From contig CAJINV010000007.1 of the NCBI GenBank assembly GCA_905178155.1, positions 590,020 to 654,019 of the forward strand: DNA of 64,000 bases. Reading direction: 5' to 3'. Positions 36,001 through 48,600 of this stretch are shown in pieces. Position 1 is the first letter of the stretch. Each line of letters starts with the position of its first letter. Source of the DNA: Amoebophrya sp. A120. Taxonomy: Eukaryota > Protista > Dinoflagellata. A program made the position numbers and the translations under genes. The notes beneath the pieces are model-generated. The model was not told the origin of the DNA. It saw only the letters and a program-made list of their open reading frames with translations, and did not search any database.

Positions 36001-37884
36001 TGCAGTGGAGATGAACGGAACTACGATACTGGGTGGAGCAGGACACCAAGGGGCCGCGGGTTTGAAAATACCAGCAGGAGCAGCATCAACAAGAGCTACG
36101 GGCGGCATTCTTTCTTCGGCAGCACCGGCGGTACCAGCAGGGTCGTCCACCTGGATCATACCGCAAGCACCACCGGAAGAATTTCCAAACCTGCAGGCGG
36201 GTGACGATCAACTACAGTTGGACCAGGAAATCGAGGACGAACTGCAGTACCAGCAAGACTTGTTGATGCGACTGGTTGAGGAAGACAAAGCCAGAGATGC
36301 GGAACTAGCTAGACATCAAAACGGGGAAGAAGAAGTCCTTGTGCAGCAAGCGGTACAACATGAACAGGAGGTTCATCTTCCGACGGCAGGAGTGGATCAT
36401 CCCCCGCAGACTGCAGCAGAACCCGCGGCTGGTGCACCTTCAGATTCACTCCCTCTAGATGTTCTGAAACGACCTCAGCCTCCTGCAGAAGTCGAAATTT
36501 CATTCGAGGCGCCTCCAACAAATACCAGGTTCGAGCACGAAGATTTACGGCATCCAGATCTGGACGATCTAGTGGGGCGAGATGAGGATGAAGAACATGA
36601 TGGTGCAGTAACGACCCCAGATGTATCAAATGCGGGTCGAAATCCTTCTCCTTCACCCCTCTTCACGGCTGCGGAGTTGCACTGGCTCCTGCGACCGATG
36701 GCGTACGGAAAAAATGATCCGCCACCACGACCTGGTCGTTATGCAGCTGCGGGGGAATCCGAATCAGAAGCTAGTAGAAATGCAACACTCAGTACAACTT
36801 CTTCGGCTTCCGAAATAACGGAGAAGCGAAAAGAAGGATCCGAGAGGGAGGTCGCTCTGGAAGTAACAGCAAACGGCACCACCTCAAATTATTCATCTGC
36901 GCAAAAGAAAGAACTCGAGCAACAACTGCGGAAGTTGCTGCCAGACGTACAACTTGAAGATGGCGCAACCACGACTCCAGAGCCGGAGCAGCTCGTGGAC
37001 CAGAACCCAGGAGATGACATTGCGGCCAGTAGTTCACCACCTACAGTGCCGGAAGCAGGCAGCAGAAATCACCCACTGCCTGTAGTTGTGAACAAAACTA
37101 CTGCGTCAACATCATCCCGAGAACAGCAAGTAGAACCTGCAGACACCCTCCTCCCCTGGCCGTCCCACCCGAACGACCAGGAGGCCGCGAAGTGGGGGAG
37201 AGCCGGGCGGAGACGCGGAAACAAGAATCCTGGAGGGCCGGAGGTGAAGAAGAAAATTTTAGTTTTTCCAGCAGTGGACTTCTCCAGAGTGCAGAACAAC
37301 AAGAATACGAAGATATCGAGTTTGTTTTTCCGGTTTGTCTCATACAAAAAGCTCCTACAATATGACAGTGCACAACTCCCCCTCCCCCTCATTTGTGATG
37401 CAAAATACCTAATTTACTCCTTGGCTCGTGGCCTTGTTTGCATGACAAGTTCTGGCAGCCCAAATAGCACAGACCTCCAGTCCATGTGAATTTGTCATGC
37501 GAAACCTGTATTCTTGCTAACGCTTGTATTGCTGTTCATGCAATACAAATGAGGGGGAGGGGAGTTGTGCACTGTCATATACAAGTGGTTGTTTCCTGCT
37601 TTGCGGCGGTGTACCGGCGAGACGGGTTGTCGATAAACAATCGGGTGGAGAATGAGGTTGATAGCAGCAAAAATGGGAACAATATCAGAAAGAAAAGCAA
37701 CGACATCAAACCCGAAGCTCAAGACATGCAGCTCCACATTTACACAACCGACGGTGAGCTGCAATTCGTGTACTCTTCGCAGCAGATGCTCAAGATGCGC
37801 GAGAACTATTTTCCCGAATTACTTCTAACTTTGTGGCAACAAACTTACGACTTTCTGCGGTATGTGAAGTTGAATGAACAATGA
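27001..37884 (+). CDS. Gene 5: ~3093-aa protein with an N-terminal signal-like segment, unknown function; join(27001..29970,30187..30282,30511..31519,31674..33584,33836..34717,34980..35601,35869..37360,37585..37884)
   Basis: Removing 7 introners links eight ORFs in frame (9282 nt). Confidence 0.8.
29971..30181. mobile_element. Introner family C
   Basis: Family C TIR; DR atgca. Confidence 0.92.
30283..30505. mobile_element. Introner family F
   Basis: TIR core gtgcacaactcccc...cctcatttg; DR tgggg. Confidence 0.9.
31520..31668. mobile_element. Introner family B
   Basis: Family B TIR; DR ggagt. Confidence 0.9.
33585..33830. mobile_element. Introner family A
   Basis: Family A TIR; DR aaaga. 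Confidence 0.92.
34718..34974. mobile_element. Introner family A
   Basis: Family A TIR; DR ggatt. Confidence 0.92.
35602..35863. mobile_element. Introner family A
   Basis: Family A TIR; DR gtgca/ctgca. Confidence 0.9.
37361..37579. mobile_element. Introner family F
   Basis: TIR tatgacagtgcacaactcccc; DR tacaa. Confidence 0.92.
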
Positions 37885-39665
37885 AAAAACAAAGAAATTG
37901 ATGAGGAACAAGGTAAAGGTCCAAGTACTAGGTTTCATACAAAAAAATCTTCGCAACGTTTTACTTTTAGCAGTTGATACCTTTTTAGTTTTTATTGTAC
38001 CAAACCCCAAACGAATCAATCAGCAGAATCATAGCTCGGGCGTACCACGGGGGAAAATTAACGGCTCGACAATTGTACTCGACAACATGTTGTAAAATGA
38101 ACTTCTTTGCGTTTGCCAGTGAAAAACAGTTCGCAAGAAATCAAAACTAAAGCGTATCCGCAACCAACCTGTATAATTTAGACAGTTAATCAATCTTCTA
38201 TCGTGTGAGTATCTTATCTCACGCGGCACGAAAACGGACGGAGGTTCGTAGTCGTAGTCGTGTGCGACCTATGCCAGACAGCATTTCGGCGTGAAGTTTC
38301 ACAAGTTTCGCTTTCAGAAGTATCGCTTTTCTACGCGGTTTGAGCAAGAACTGATACTAAACCTTTCCTCCAAGCTGACAAATGAGCTCACATTTTACAG
38401 TTTCTCACTTTATTCCCCCACAAAAACCAACTCAATTTTATACAAGATGCTCGTCAATTTTACAAACTAGAATCCGAATAAAAATACACTCTGAAAGTAA
38501 ACTCTGCTCAGAAGGTTTTAGACATGCCTTGCTAGGGGTCTACTTTTACCGGGGCCGCTTGATAAAATTGAAGATCCTCTACTGCGCAGTCCCTTCATTG
38601 CTCGTTCACGGTGGAGCACAACAAGACTTGTGCCTGCAGTTTGAGCTTTTATTTTGGACTAGTCTAAAAAGAAAAACCGTTGTACTAATACTGGAAGTTT
38701 AATAGCGAGATAAATGACAAAGACGAAGGAGTGACGTACTCACACTGTAGCAGTATCTTCATGAAAATCTTCGTCTAGACAGAATGACAAACTGTACTGA
38801 CAAGCTAAGTGGTACTGACTTACCCCCTTCTTCTTCTACCCCTTAAACAAGCTGTAAATCTGTATATCCTGTTCTTTCATCACTTGTTGAGCTACGGACT
38901 TGAAAAAAATGCCGAAGAACCCAGCTGAGAACTTGTTGTGAGCAATTGTACCGAAATAATTTTCAGCGATGAAAATTTCCACTATGCTGCATTGTAGACC
39001 GTGCTTCTAGCTACAAAAGCATCATTCCTGATTTGATCTTACGAACGAACGATGATGTTGAGACCCTTCGAGAAGAAGGGAAGACTTCGAATGAAAACTG
39101 GAGCTAGTACCATGTTGCAAAAAGTTGTCCGAAGGATTTCGTCGAAACCAGCTGTAAAGCACCGAAGTTTCTGCAGCTACTTTTTCCCTCGCAGAGAACT
39201 CGCTAGTCAGCCACCGTGACAACTTTGGGGCGGATTGTTCTATGAAAATTTAGTGGCGCATATAATTGCCGCAGGTACTGAATCTGAATTCTGAAGATCA
39301 AGATTCTCATGAGCAGCTTTGTTGCAGCTGCAGGTTCGAAAGAGCGCGATGAAACGAGCGGAGATATTGAAGGTTGTCTTCTCCTGCTGGAGCGGAGGAC
39401 TCATTTGCATAGGAAATAGAGCAAGACGGGGACGAGGTAGGAGCGAAAAATCTCACGAGGTACTAATTATTAAGGCCACGACGGGCGGGCTTGTAGTTCA
39501 TTCGTGGATAGAGATGACCACGAGCAGAGTGAACTACAAAAGCAGACGCAATAACTACACCTTGTTGCGGAACAAAATGACGTAACATCAGGAAAAAATG
39601 ACGTAAAAGAGAGTTGCCTTCTCTTCCGACGAAAACCGCAGCAGCACCCCGCGGACGCTGCCGCA

Positions 39666-42600
39666 ATGAACCAGCGGAAGAACCCCTTCGCGGGGGGCGG
39701 GCTCGGCGGCCGCGGACAGCACGGAGGTGCCAAACACGGGAGTCAGCATGACGAAAACCAAAATGACGATGAGAATCAAAACAACCCAGGAGACGGCAGT
39801 GGCTCAAACAATTCCGGCAATTTGCTGGCCGAAACGTTCTATCAACTGCAAAAATGTCTGGGTCTGGAAGGTTGCAACGTGTCATGCTAAATCTGAATCA
39901 GGCAAAATAAAAAACTGTGTTGCATAATTGCCAAAAGTTGTGCACTTTTGACCTAACCGAGAGGCAGTTTCTCATGCAGAATAGGCATTAGAACGGTCTC
40001 GCGGAATCTGTCATGCTATGTCCTACATACCAGACGAGACCTCATGGGTTATGCGAAATATGCATGACAAACCTGGTGGCAATCTTCCAGACCCAGACAT
40101 ATTTGCAGTTCATACCTTCTCCATCGAAACTCGGTTCAATGAGTTCTTCGACTCCCGCCCCGTCATGCTGTCGATGGCCTGTTTGACCGTATTTGTCTTA
40201 TGGGGTGACGACCTTCGGTTGTACGCGTTTCCGAAAGATTACGACCCGGTCTTCTACACCTTTTTCCTCATGGCCTTTCTCATTTTCTTTTTCGAGTTTA
40301 TGGGGAACACGATCTGCAAGCCGGGTTACAAGGGCGGGTTCTTCTTCTGGCTGGATTTGATCGCGACATTTAGTTTGCTGATCGACATTCCCTGGGTCCT
40401 GGCACTGATCGAGAAGTTAATCGCGAGTAGTTCCGGGCAGTCGGACGACGAAGAATCGGGTGCAGCGTCGATCTATGCATTGCAAATGTGTCTGGGTCTG
40501 GAATGGTGTGAACTTGTGATGCGCATTTCACAACACACACAAATCTCTGATGCGTAGGCAGCAAAAGATGCCCACTTACTGTCACCAAAATGGAGGATTT
40601 GTCATGCGGATTCGGCATTGCGGAATCTTCTCGAAACCTGTGATGCTAGGGCTTCCATGCCAGAGCTTCTGTGTCATGCAAACACAGCACGACAAAACTC
40701 TGCAGTCTTCCAGACCCAGACATCCTTGCATTTCATACGATCAACTCCACGGTCGCGACGGTGCGAACTGCCCGGGCGGTGCGGCTCGTGCGGTTGATCC
40801 GGTTGGTGCGAGTGGTGAAGCTGTGGTCCATGGTACGGAAGGCGAACGAGTTTTGGGAGTGTCAGGATTGAAATCGTCGAATTTGAAATACTAGTTTGTC
40901 ATGCATAGAATACAGCCCACAAAGTGCCTGTCTTGCAGAGTAGGCAAGTGAGGTAGATCGTAAGCTTGTTGAGGGGTAGAAACTGAGCTGCTAAAGTAGG
41001 ATGACAAAAGGCGTCTTCCTTACCCAAACAGCATGAGAGAAACTGGATTTCGGCTCTACCCAAATTTGTCATGCGCCACTTGGAAAGTGGGTTACAACTT
41101 TCATCCATTTTATGCATATACTTACAAACTTTGTCGGTTTCAATCCTGACACATCCATACGAATCCCAAACGGACGAGATGCTGCAGCAGCAACAACGGA
41201 ATGCGCAGAACGCGAAGCAAGCGGCTCTGAAGCGGGTGGAGGCAAGTCGGTTGGGGAAGTTGTTGTCGGAGATGACGACAAGACGGGTCGTCGTCATGGT
41301 ACTGATGATGCTCTTCGTCTTACCGTTTCTCGACCCGGCGGATTTGGACAACTCCAAAGTGTTCGGTCTCTCGCTCCTGTTCTGGTTCGGCCGCAGCTGG
41401 TGCGACACGAATCCAAGTGGTGCGACATCTTCAGGTAGTTCCTCTTCCTCCTCCTCCGCGGCTTCTTCCAGTGACCACTACGGGTGTTCCGAGTTTCAAA
41501 CGGAAAACTGGCTTTTTCTTGACGGGTGGCGGCTATGACCTACTCAAACGTTACAATCTCAAACGTTGCAATAGAGTCTGGAATTTGTTGTCTCGCATAA
41601 TGAGCATGACAGACTCGCAGACCATTCCACTTTCTGCAACACAAATTTCGGCAGATTGTAGTCTGGTTTGGGACTCCGGAACTTGTCATGCGCAGTCCTA
41701 TGAGACTTGGCTAGATCATGCACTTCTTGCATGACAGATTTGCAAGTTCTATTGTAACGTTTGAGATTGTAACGGTTGAGCAGGTCATAGCGGCACCTGG
41801 TGTTTTCCTATTCGCAGCTCAGCCGGGACCGCTATGAAGTGCAAATATGTCTGGGTCTGGATGAAAAGTGGAACTTGTAATGCGTGTCTTGCATTTCTGG
41901 AAAATCTTCTGTGTTGCATGTGTAGCAAAAGAGGAGCTTCCACCTTTGTCATGCAAAAACGAGATTTGTAATGCGTGCTAGGCATCAACCGGCGTCTGAA
42001 AAACTTGTCATGCTTGGCTGCCATTGCATTTGCAAGCGCCTCCGTGAACATGCGCGACTCAGCATCACAGGTTTCCAGACCGAGACAAATTTGCATTTCA
42101 TAACCGGTACGCAAGCACGACTGCGGACCACCTGAAACTGACCGAACCGCTGCTGTGGTATGCATTGCAAATATGTCTGGGACTGGAAGGTTGCAACTTG
42201 TGATGCTGTCCTCACATTCCAAAAGGATTGGTAGTGCAGGAGCAGCAAGAGAAGTCCAGTTTGTGCTACGTGGGGAAGGCATTTCTCATGCGGAATTTTA
42301 GAAATCTGTGATGCTAGATCATGCATTACAAGCATCGCCGGTCATGCGAAGTATGCATGACAAACGTGGCAATCTTCCAGACCCAGACATATTTGCATTT
42401 GATATGTGGCTGCGGGTCCCCAATTGGGCGGACGGGGGGAAGATGAGCGACATCGCGTCGGTATCAATTGCAAAAATGTGGTCTGGGTCTGGAAGAGTCA
42501 TGCTGCTTTTGCATGACACAGAAGGCCTGCCATGGAAGTTCTAGGATCACAGGTTTCGAGAAGCTTCCGCAAAAATGCCGAATCCGCATGACAAATCCCC

Positions 42601-45600
42601 CATTCTGGTGACAGAAAGTGGCCAGCTTTTGCTGCCTGTGCATGAAAGATTTTTATGGGTTGTAAAATGCGCATCACAAGTTTGCATTCTTCCGGACCCA
42701 GACACTTTTGCATTTGATAGTCGGTGGTAACGGACAAGGGCTCGTGGTACGAAAACGCGTTCTGCGGCCGGCTGTTTCTGGTCACGAACGGGGACCACTG
42801 TCCGCATCGGGAGGACGAACTCGAGGATGTGATTTACATTCCCCCAAACACGGAGCAGATGATCATCGCAGTGGCCCGGTTTGACCGGTCGGAGTTTTCG
42901 CGGGAACAAGCAGCGGTCTCCATGCTGCAAACGTGTTTCGTGTGCATTCTCCTCGGTACGATGTCGATTCAGTTTCAGAACGACACGCAGTCACTCGTGA
43001 TTCGGCCGATCGAAAAGATGGTAAATATCATCAAGCAACTAGCGGAGGACCCGCTAGAGCCACCGAATCTTGACGAAGACGGAGAGGAGAATGGGAACGG
43101 CAGTGCAAGTTCTATGGGCGGCGGTGGTGGCGGCTCTGGTGGGGGAGCAGGGGGGAATAGCGGTGATGGGAAAAATATCGTGTGCAAAAGTATCGCATTC
43201 GTATTGCAGTCGTGCATTATAAATCTTTTTCTTAAAGGTAAATCCGCATATCAAATTCCATTACTCATGCTGAGGAAATTTGTAATGCATTCATACGAGT
43301 ACGATACTTTTGCAGTTCATAAAAGAGAAGAAGAAGAAAAATAAGGGGCCACAGCTGGAAACCACGATGCTTGAGAACACCATTTTGAAAATCGGCGGAT
43401 TGTTGCAGGTACAGAAGTTCTTACGTTTTTGAAGATGTCTGCACGCATGATTGGCGCAAGGAGGTGATCACGATCAGTACCTAGACCCGTAAAGAGAGCA
43501 TGCGCATGAAAATGATCCCTCCCCAAGTAGTTCCTGCTTCTTTCTTTCGAGAGCCGCTATAGAAATCACCTCGAAATTTTACTTTACTTAGGTTGGTTTC
43601 GGCGAGGCCGGTGCACAGATCATCGGGAAGAACATGTCATCCGGCGACGGCGAGCTGAATATCATGATGCCGGGGTCGAAAGTGGAGTCCATTTTTGGTT
43701 TCGTGGATATCCGGCAGTTCACCGACACGACAGAGTGTTTGGAGGAAGACGTCATGGTGTTTGTCAACTCCATATCAAATGTAAAAATGTCTGGGTCTGG
43801 AGGAATGCCACTTGTTATGCTGCATTTGGATTCCAGAAAAATCTGTATTGCATGAGTACCAAAAGGAATGTAATTTTTGCTACACGGAGAGGGCATATGT
43901 CATGCGCAATAGGCATCAAGAAGCTCTGAAAAAATCTGTGATGCTAGGGCATGCATCACAGACATCAGGGCTCATGCAAAACGTGCATGACAAGTGTCAG
44001 AATGTTCCAGATCCAGACATTTTTACAGTTGATACTCCATCGGCTACATTGTGCACAAGTGCGTCCACCGCTGGTCTGGGGTGGCGAACAAAAACATCGT
44101 ACTCAGACGAAAAGATCTCCCCTCCCCATACTGAAAGCGCATCCGTGTGAAAATCTGTGATGCAGATCTGTGGCCACAAATCCTGTCTGTCTTGCAAGAA
44201 GGCAAACCCAGAGAGTCCGCCGCATTATGCAGGCGGTTTGTGATGCTGGTCGGCTTACAGCGTCGACATCTGTCATGCCAGTCTCCTACATCAAAACCTT
44301 GCGACTCCGGCTTGGCATATGCCTGCAGTCCTCTCCTGCAAGACAAATTTGTGTACGGAAATGCAGCATGAGAAACTTCGTTTTGATATCGGGAGGGGGG
44401 ATTTTTCCTTTTGGTACATCGGGGACGCCTTCCTCGTGCTGTGGAAGATTCCGGACCGGAACAGTTTCGGGTCAAATGGAGGGAGTAGTGGTGGGCTGTT
44501 CGGGTCCCACGGCTCGGCGGGGAGCAGCCAGCTGCAGGTAGCCGACATTGCGGACCGGAGTTTGGTAACCACTGCAAAAGTATCGTACTCGTAGAACCTA
44601 ATCCCAACACTGTGTGCTGCTGACAATATTATGTCCTCCCTACTGAATCCAGATCAGCATCACAAATTCTTCTATTAGTATTTACATTGCTTGACTTCCG
44701 GGTTCTGGTACGGCATACCCCCGGCGAGAGGTGACCTTGACAGGTGACCTCGACAGGTGACCGTGACAGGTGACCTCGACAGGTGACCTTGACAGGTGAC
44801 CTTGACAGGTGACCTCGACAGGTGACCCGGACAGGTGGCCACGACAGGCGACGACGACAGGCGAAGCGAGAGGTGAAACGAGAGGCGACGCGACAGGCGA
44901 GGAAAGAGGATAAATCACAGCTGAGGCCAACACCTACGCGCGTTTCGTTCTTGACGTGAAAAGCAAATATTTGCGACGCAGAAAATGAAAAAGATAAAAG
45001 GGCAAAGACACAAAGAACTGGCCCCACACACAAAGACGTTTCTGCGTCGCCATGAAAAAATAAAAAAGCGCTTACTTCTGCAACCAATGCACGCCCGGGA
45101 GACCGTCTCCCGGAGACGGCTGCTTACTTCGCCTCCGGAATCGGGAATGAGTTGCGCATCAATATTAGAGAACTTCTCTTCAGCAGCCGGGCAGAGATAT
45201 CGCCTTTGCTTCTATTTCATTTTTGTCTTGCAAAATGCAGGCACCTAATTCATCCTTTTGTTTTGCCAATAGCGCACTAAGCCACCATGCGCGCGCCTGG
45301 TGTGAGGCGAGGGGCGGACGCTGTCCGCCCCGAAGGCGAACACCCTTTCCCCACTAGCGCCACTAGGGACGGGCACAAGGCCCCAGCGTGGGGACCCTGT
45401 CCCCACGCGTGGGTCTTGTTTTTCATGCTGCGCAAATTTGTCATTCGGTGCTGGCTACTAGAACTATCCAGTGCGACACTTTTGCAAAAATGCATATTTG
45501 TTCGCGTTTCTCAAAATCATCGCTGAGGCAAAGCGGTCCGAGCGCATCAAGTCCTTCGCGAGTCACCCCCGGATCATCCAGAAATTTGGCAAAAACTGTA

Positions 45601-48600
45601 TAACCTGCTCAGGTGTTACAATCTCAAGCGTTACAATAGAATATGGAAATCTGTCATGCAAGAAATGCATTATCTACTTAGCCAACTCTCGCAGGATTGC
45701 GCATGACAAGTTCTGGAGTCCCAAACCGCGCTGCAATTATCTGGCGTAGTTTGTATTGCGGAAAGTGGAACGCTGTCCGAGTCTGTCATGCTCATTGTGC
45801 AATACAAAACCCGGACTGTATTGCAACGTTTGAGATTGCAACGTTTGAGCAGGTCATAAACTGCGAGGTCTGCCGGTTTGGGCTTGGGCTGCACGTCGGG
45901 TGGGCGATCGAAGGTCCAATATCCTGTGTAAAAACGCCCTTACCCCAAAGTTAAGTTGGGAATTTGGCAAGACAAGTCGACCATCTTTGGGACTCACGCA
46001 TAGCAAGTTCTTTGGCTTCTACGCAGTGCAGTCGTGCCTAGCTAGGTCAAACGCATCACAGATCCAGTCTGGCACCCTGATTAGCGCATGACAGGTTTTT
46101 CCCAGATGCCACTAGGTAATGCCTCTCATAGAGTGAGCGGCATGACACACATTCTGAGCATGCAGATCTGCATGACAGCTATTGGGTGGGGAAGTTTCTC
46201 CTCAGGGTATCCAATCGGCAGTGACTACAAAATCGACGCGAGTTACCTGAGTCCGCACGTGAATATCACGATGTCGCTGGAGGCCTGGACGAAGATTTAC
46301 CTGGTGAATCTGCTCCTGTCCGAGCCACTGTACCTCTTCCTGTCGCTGAAGGCCAAACAACGGTGTCGGAAGATCGACATGGTGAGCATTTCGACGGACA
46401 TATGCAATGCAAAAGCATCGTACTAGTACAAATTGCATTACAAAGTAGCCCACCATTACAAATTGAATTTGTAATGCTGATTTACCCTGAGAAAGAGATT
46501 TGTAATGCATAAATGCAATTAGAATTACTACGAGTGCGATACTTTTGCACAGGATAGGACAATGCTAGTAGCAACGCGACAGTGGTCTTGTCCACTTCTA
46601 CTTCCGGAGCAGGAACGAGCTCGTCAGGTACCGGTGGCGGCGCCCAGGACGCGGGTGGCGAGGGCGGAAGTGGTCTTGCTGGATCTGTTACGAGTCTCGG
46701 CGCAGGAGGAGCAAGTGCGGCTCCGACTAGAACCGCATATCACAGGAAAAAAGTGTTACAGTTACACATCTCTTGGAACTTCTGCATCACAAATTTGCTC
46801 TGCATGCCGAAGAAAACTTGTAATGCGCAGACCATAAGGGAAAACACGAATGGAATGAGGCTGGCAATTGTTTCCTGCATGACAGAGGTTGTCTGTCTTG
46901 CTTGTCTCGCATGAGAGTGTGTAACTGTAACACTTTTTTCTCACGATACCGCGGGCGCGCTGTTAAGTAGTTCCGGTTCGGTGTTACTGGCATCTGGTGG
47001 CGCTGTATCAAGTGCAAATATGTCTGGGTCTGGAAGGTTGGAACTTGTGATGCTAACTTTGGACTCTAAAAAAAACTGTATTGCATGACCAGCAAGAGGA
47101 GTCTAGTTATTTGCGCTACGCGGGGAGGGCGTTTGTCGTGCGGCGTAGGCATCAGGAAGCCCTCTAGAAATCTGTGATGCTAGGTCGTGCATTACAGACG
47201 TCCTGGGTCATGCAAAACATGCATGACAAGTCTCAGAATCTTCCAGACCCAGACATATTTGCATTTGATACGCTGGCGCGTCGCACGGGGCCGGGTCGTC
47301 AAGCACCAATGGGAAGCCGTTTGGGCTGTACACCTTTCCCATGGATGTCACCAACTGCGTCGCCACCACGCCGTATCAATTTCTCGAGCAGCACCGGTCG
47401 CCGGGCGACGTGTGGAAACCGGAATCATTGTCCGAGAATGTCTATCAAATGCAGCTCAATATGTCGGAGTCTGGAAGAATGCAACCTGTGATGCTAAGTT
47501 TGGAATCTAAAAAAATCTGTAAATGCATGAGCAGCAATAAAAGGAGTCGACTTGTTTTTGCTACGCGGCGAGGGCGTTTCTCATCATGCGGGATAGGCAT
47601 CAAGAAGATGCCCGCAAAAAATCTGTGATGCTGCTGCATACACCACAGACATCATGGGTGGTCATGCAAGGTGTGCATTTGACAAACCTTGCATCCCTCT
47701 AGTGACCACATTCATATTTGCAAAACTGCATAATGTCAACACGGATGTTATAGAGATGCGCGACGGGGTGGAGTTTTTGTTCCTGATCGACAAAGTATGA
47801 CAGTGCACATAGCTGCCCCTCCCCCTCATTCGTATAGCATGAACGGCAATACAAGCATCAGCAAGAGTGCCGGTTTTGCATGACAGATTTGCACCGGAGT
47901 ATAGTGCTATTTGGGCTAGTGCCAGAACTTGTCATGCATAATAGTGACAGGAGGGAAAGCGTGGATTTGGTAGTTTGCATGAGAAATGAGAACGAGTGGG
48001 AGTTGTGCACTTTCATACAAAGACGTGCATCTGCTGCAGAAAAACGTTCCGGGTTTTGATCCAGACCTGCTGCAAGTCAACTGCTCTACGCAGCTGGAGG
48101 TGAAAGCGAAACAGAGAATATGCAAACAAAAAAAGTGTTACAGTTACACATTGTGTTGCGGCAAGCCCTGTCATGCCGGATATGCACAAGAACACAATTT
48201 CATGAGTGTTTTCCCTTGTGATCTCTGTCATGCAAGGCAAGTTCGTCTTAGTGAGCCGAAGGCACTACAAATGTGTAAACTGTAACACTTTTTTTGTGCG
48301 ACAGCGCAAAGCGCTCAGCTACTACCTCGCGGGCGATTGGCGCTTGGCCAGGGAGTATTACGAGGATTTGCTCGGGAATAGTAATTCCCAGTCAGGAACA
48401 ACAGCAAATAAGGGAAAAAATAATCCTGATGGAGGTACTAGTGGTAAAAACACTTCTTCAGCATCCCAAGCCGGTGGTGGAATGATGTCAGATGGCGACC
48501 AAAATAAACAAGCACCGGGAGTTGTAGATTCTGAGAATGAGGATGCCAGTGACGCAATCTCCAAGTCTACGCTTTCCAATGTGACCGTGAGCACCGCCGG

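Noticed and set aside
36624-36634. tatcaaatgc resembling a family A end
   Set aside because: Only 10 nt, no partner end, and it lies in an open exon
44729-44900. CRISPR-like array
   Set aside because: Contiguous 13-bp units without unique spacers, no cas genes, eukaryotic context
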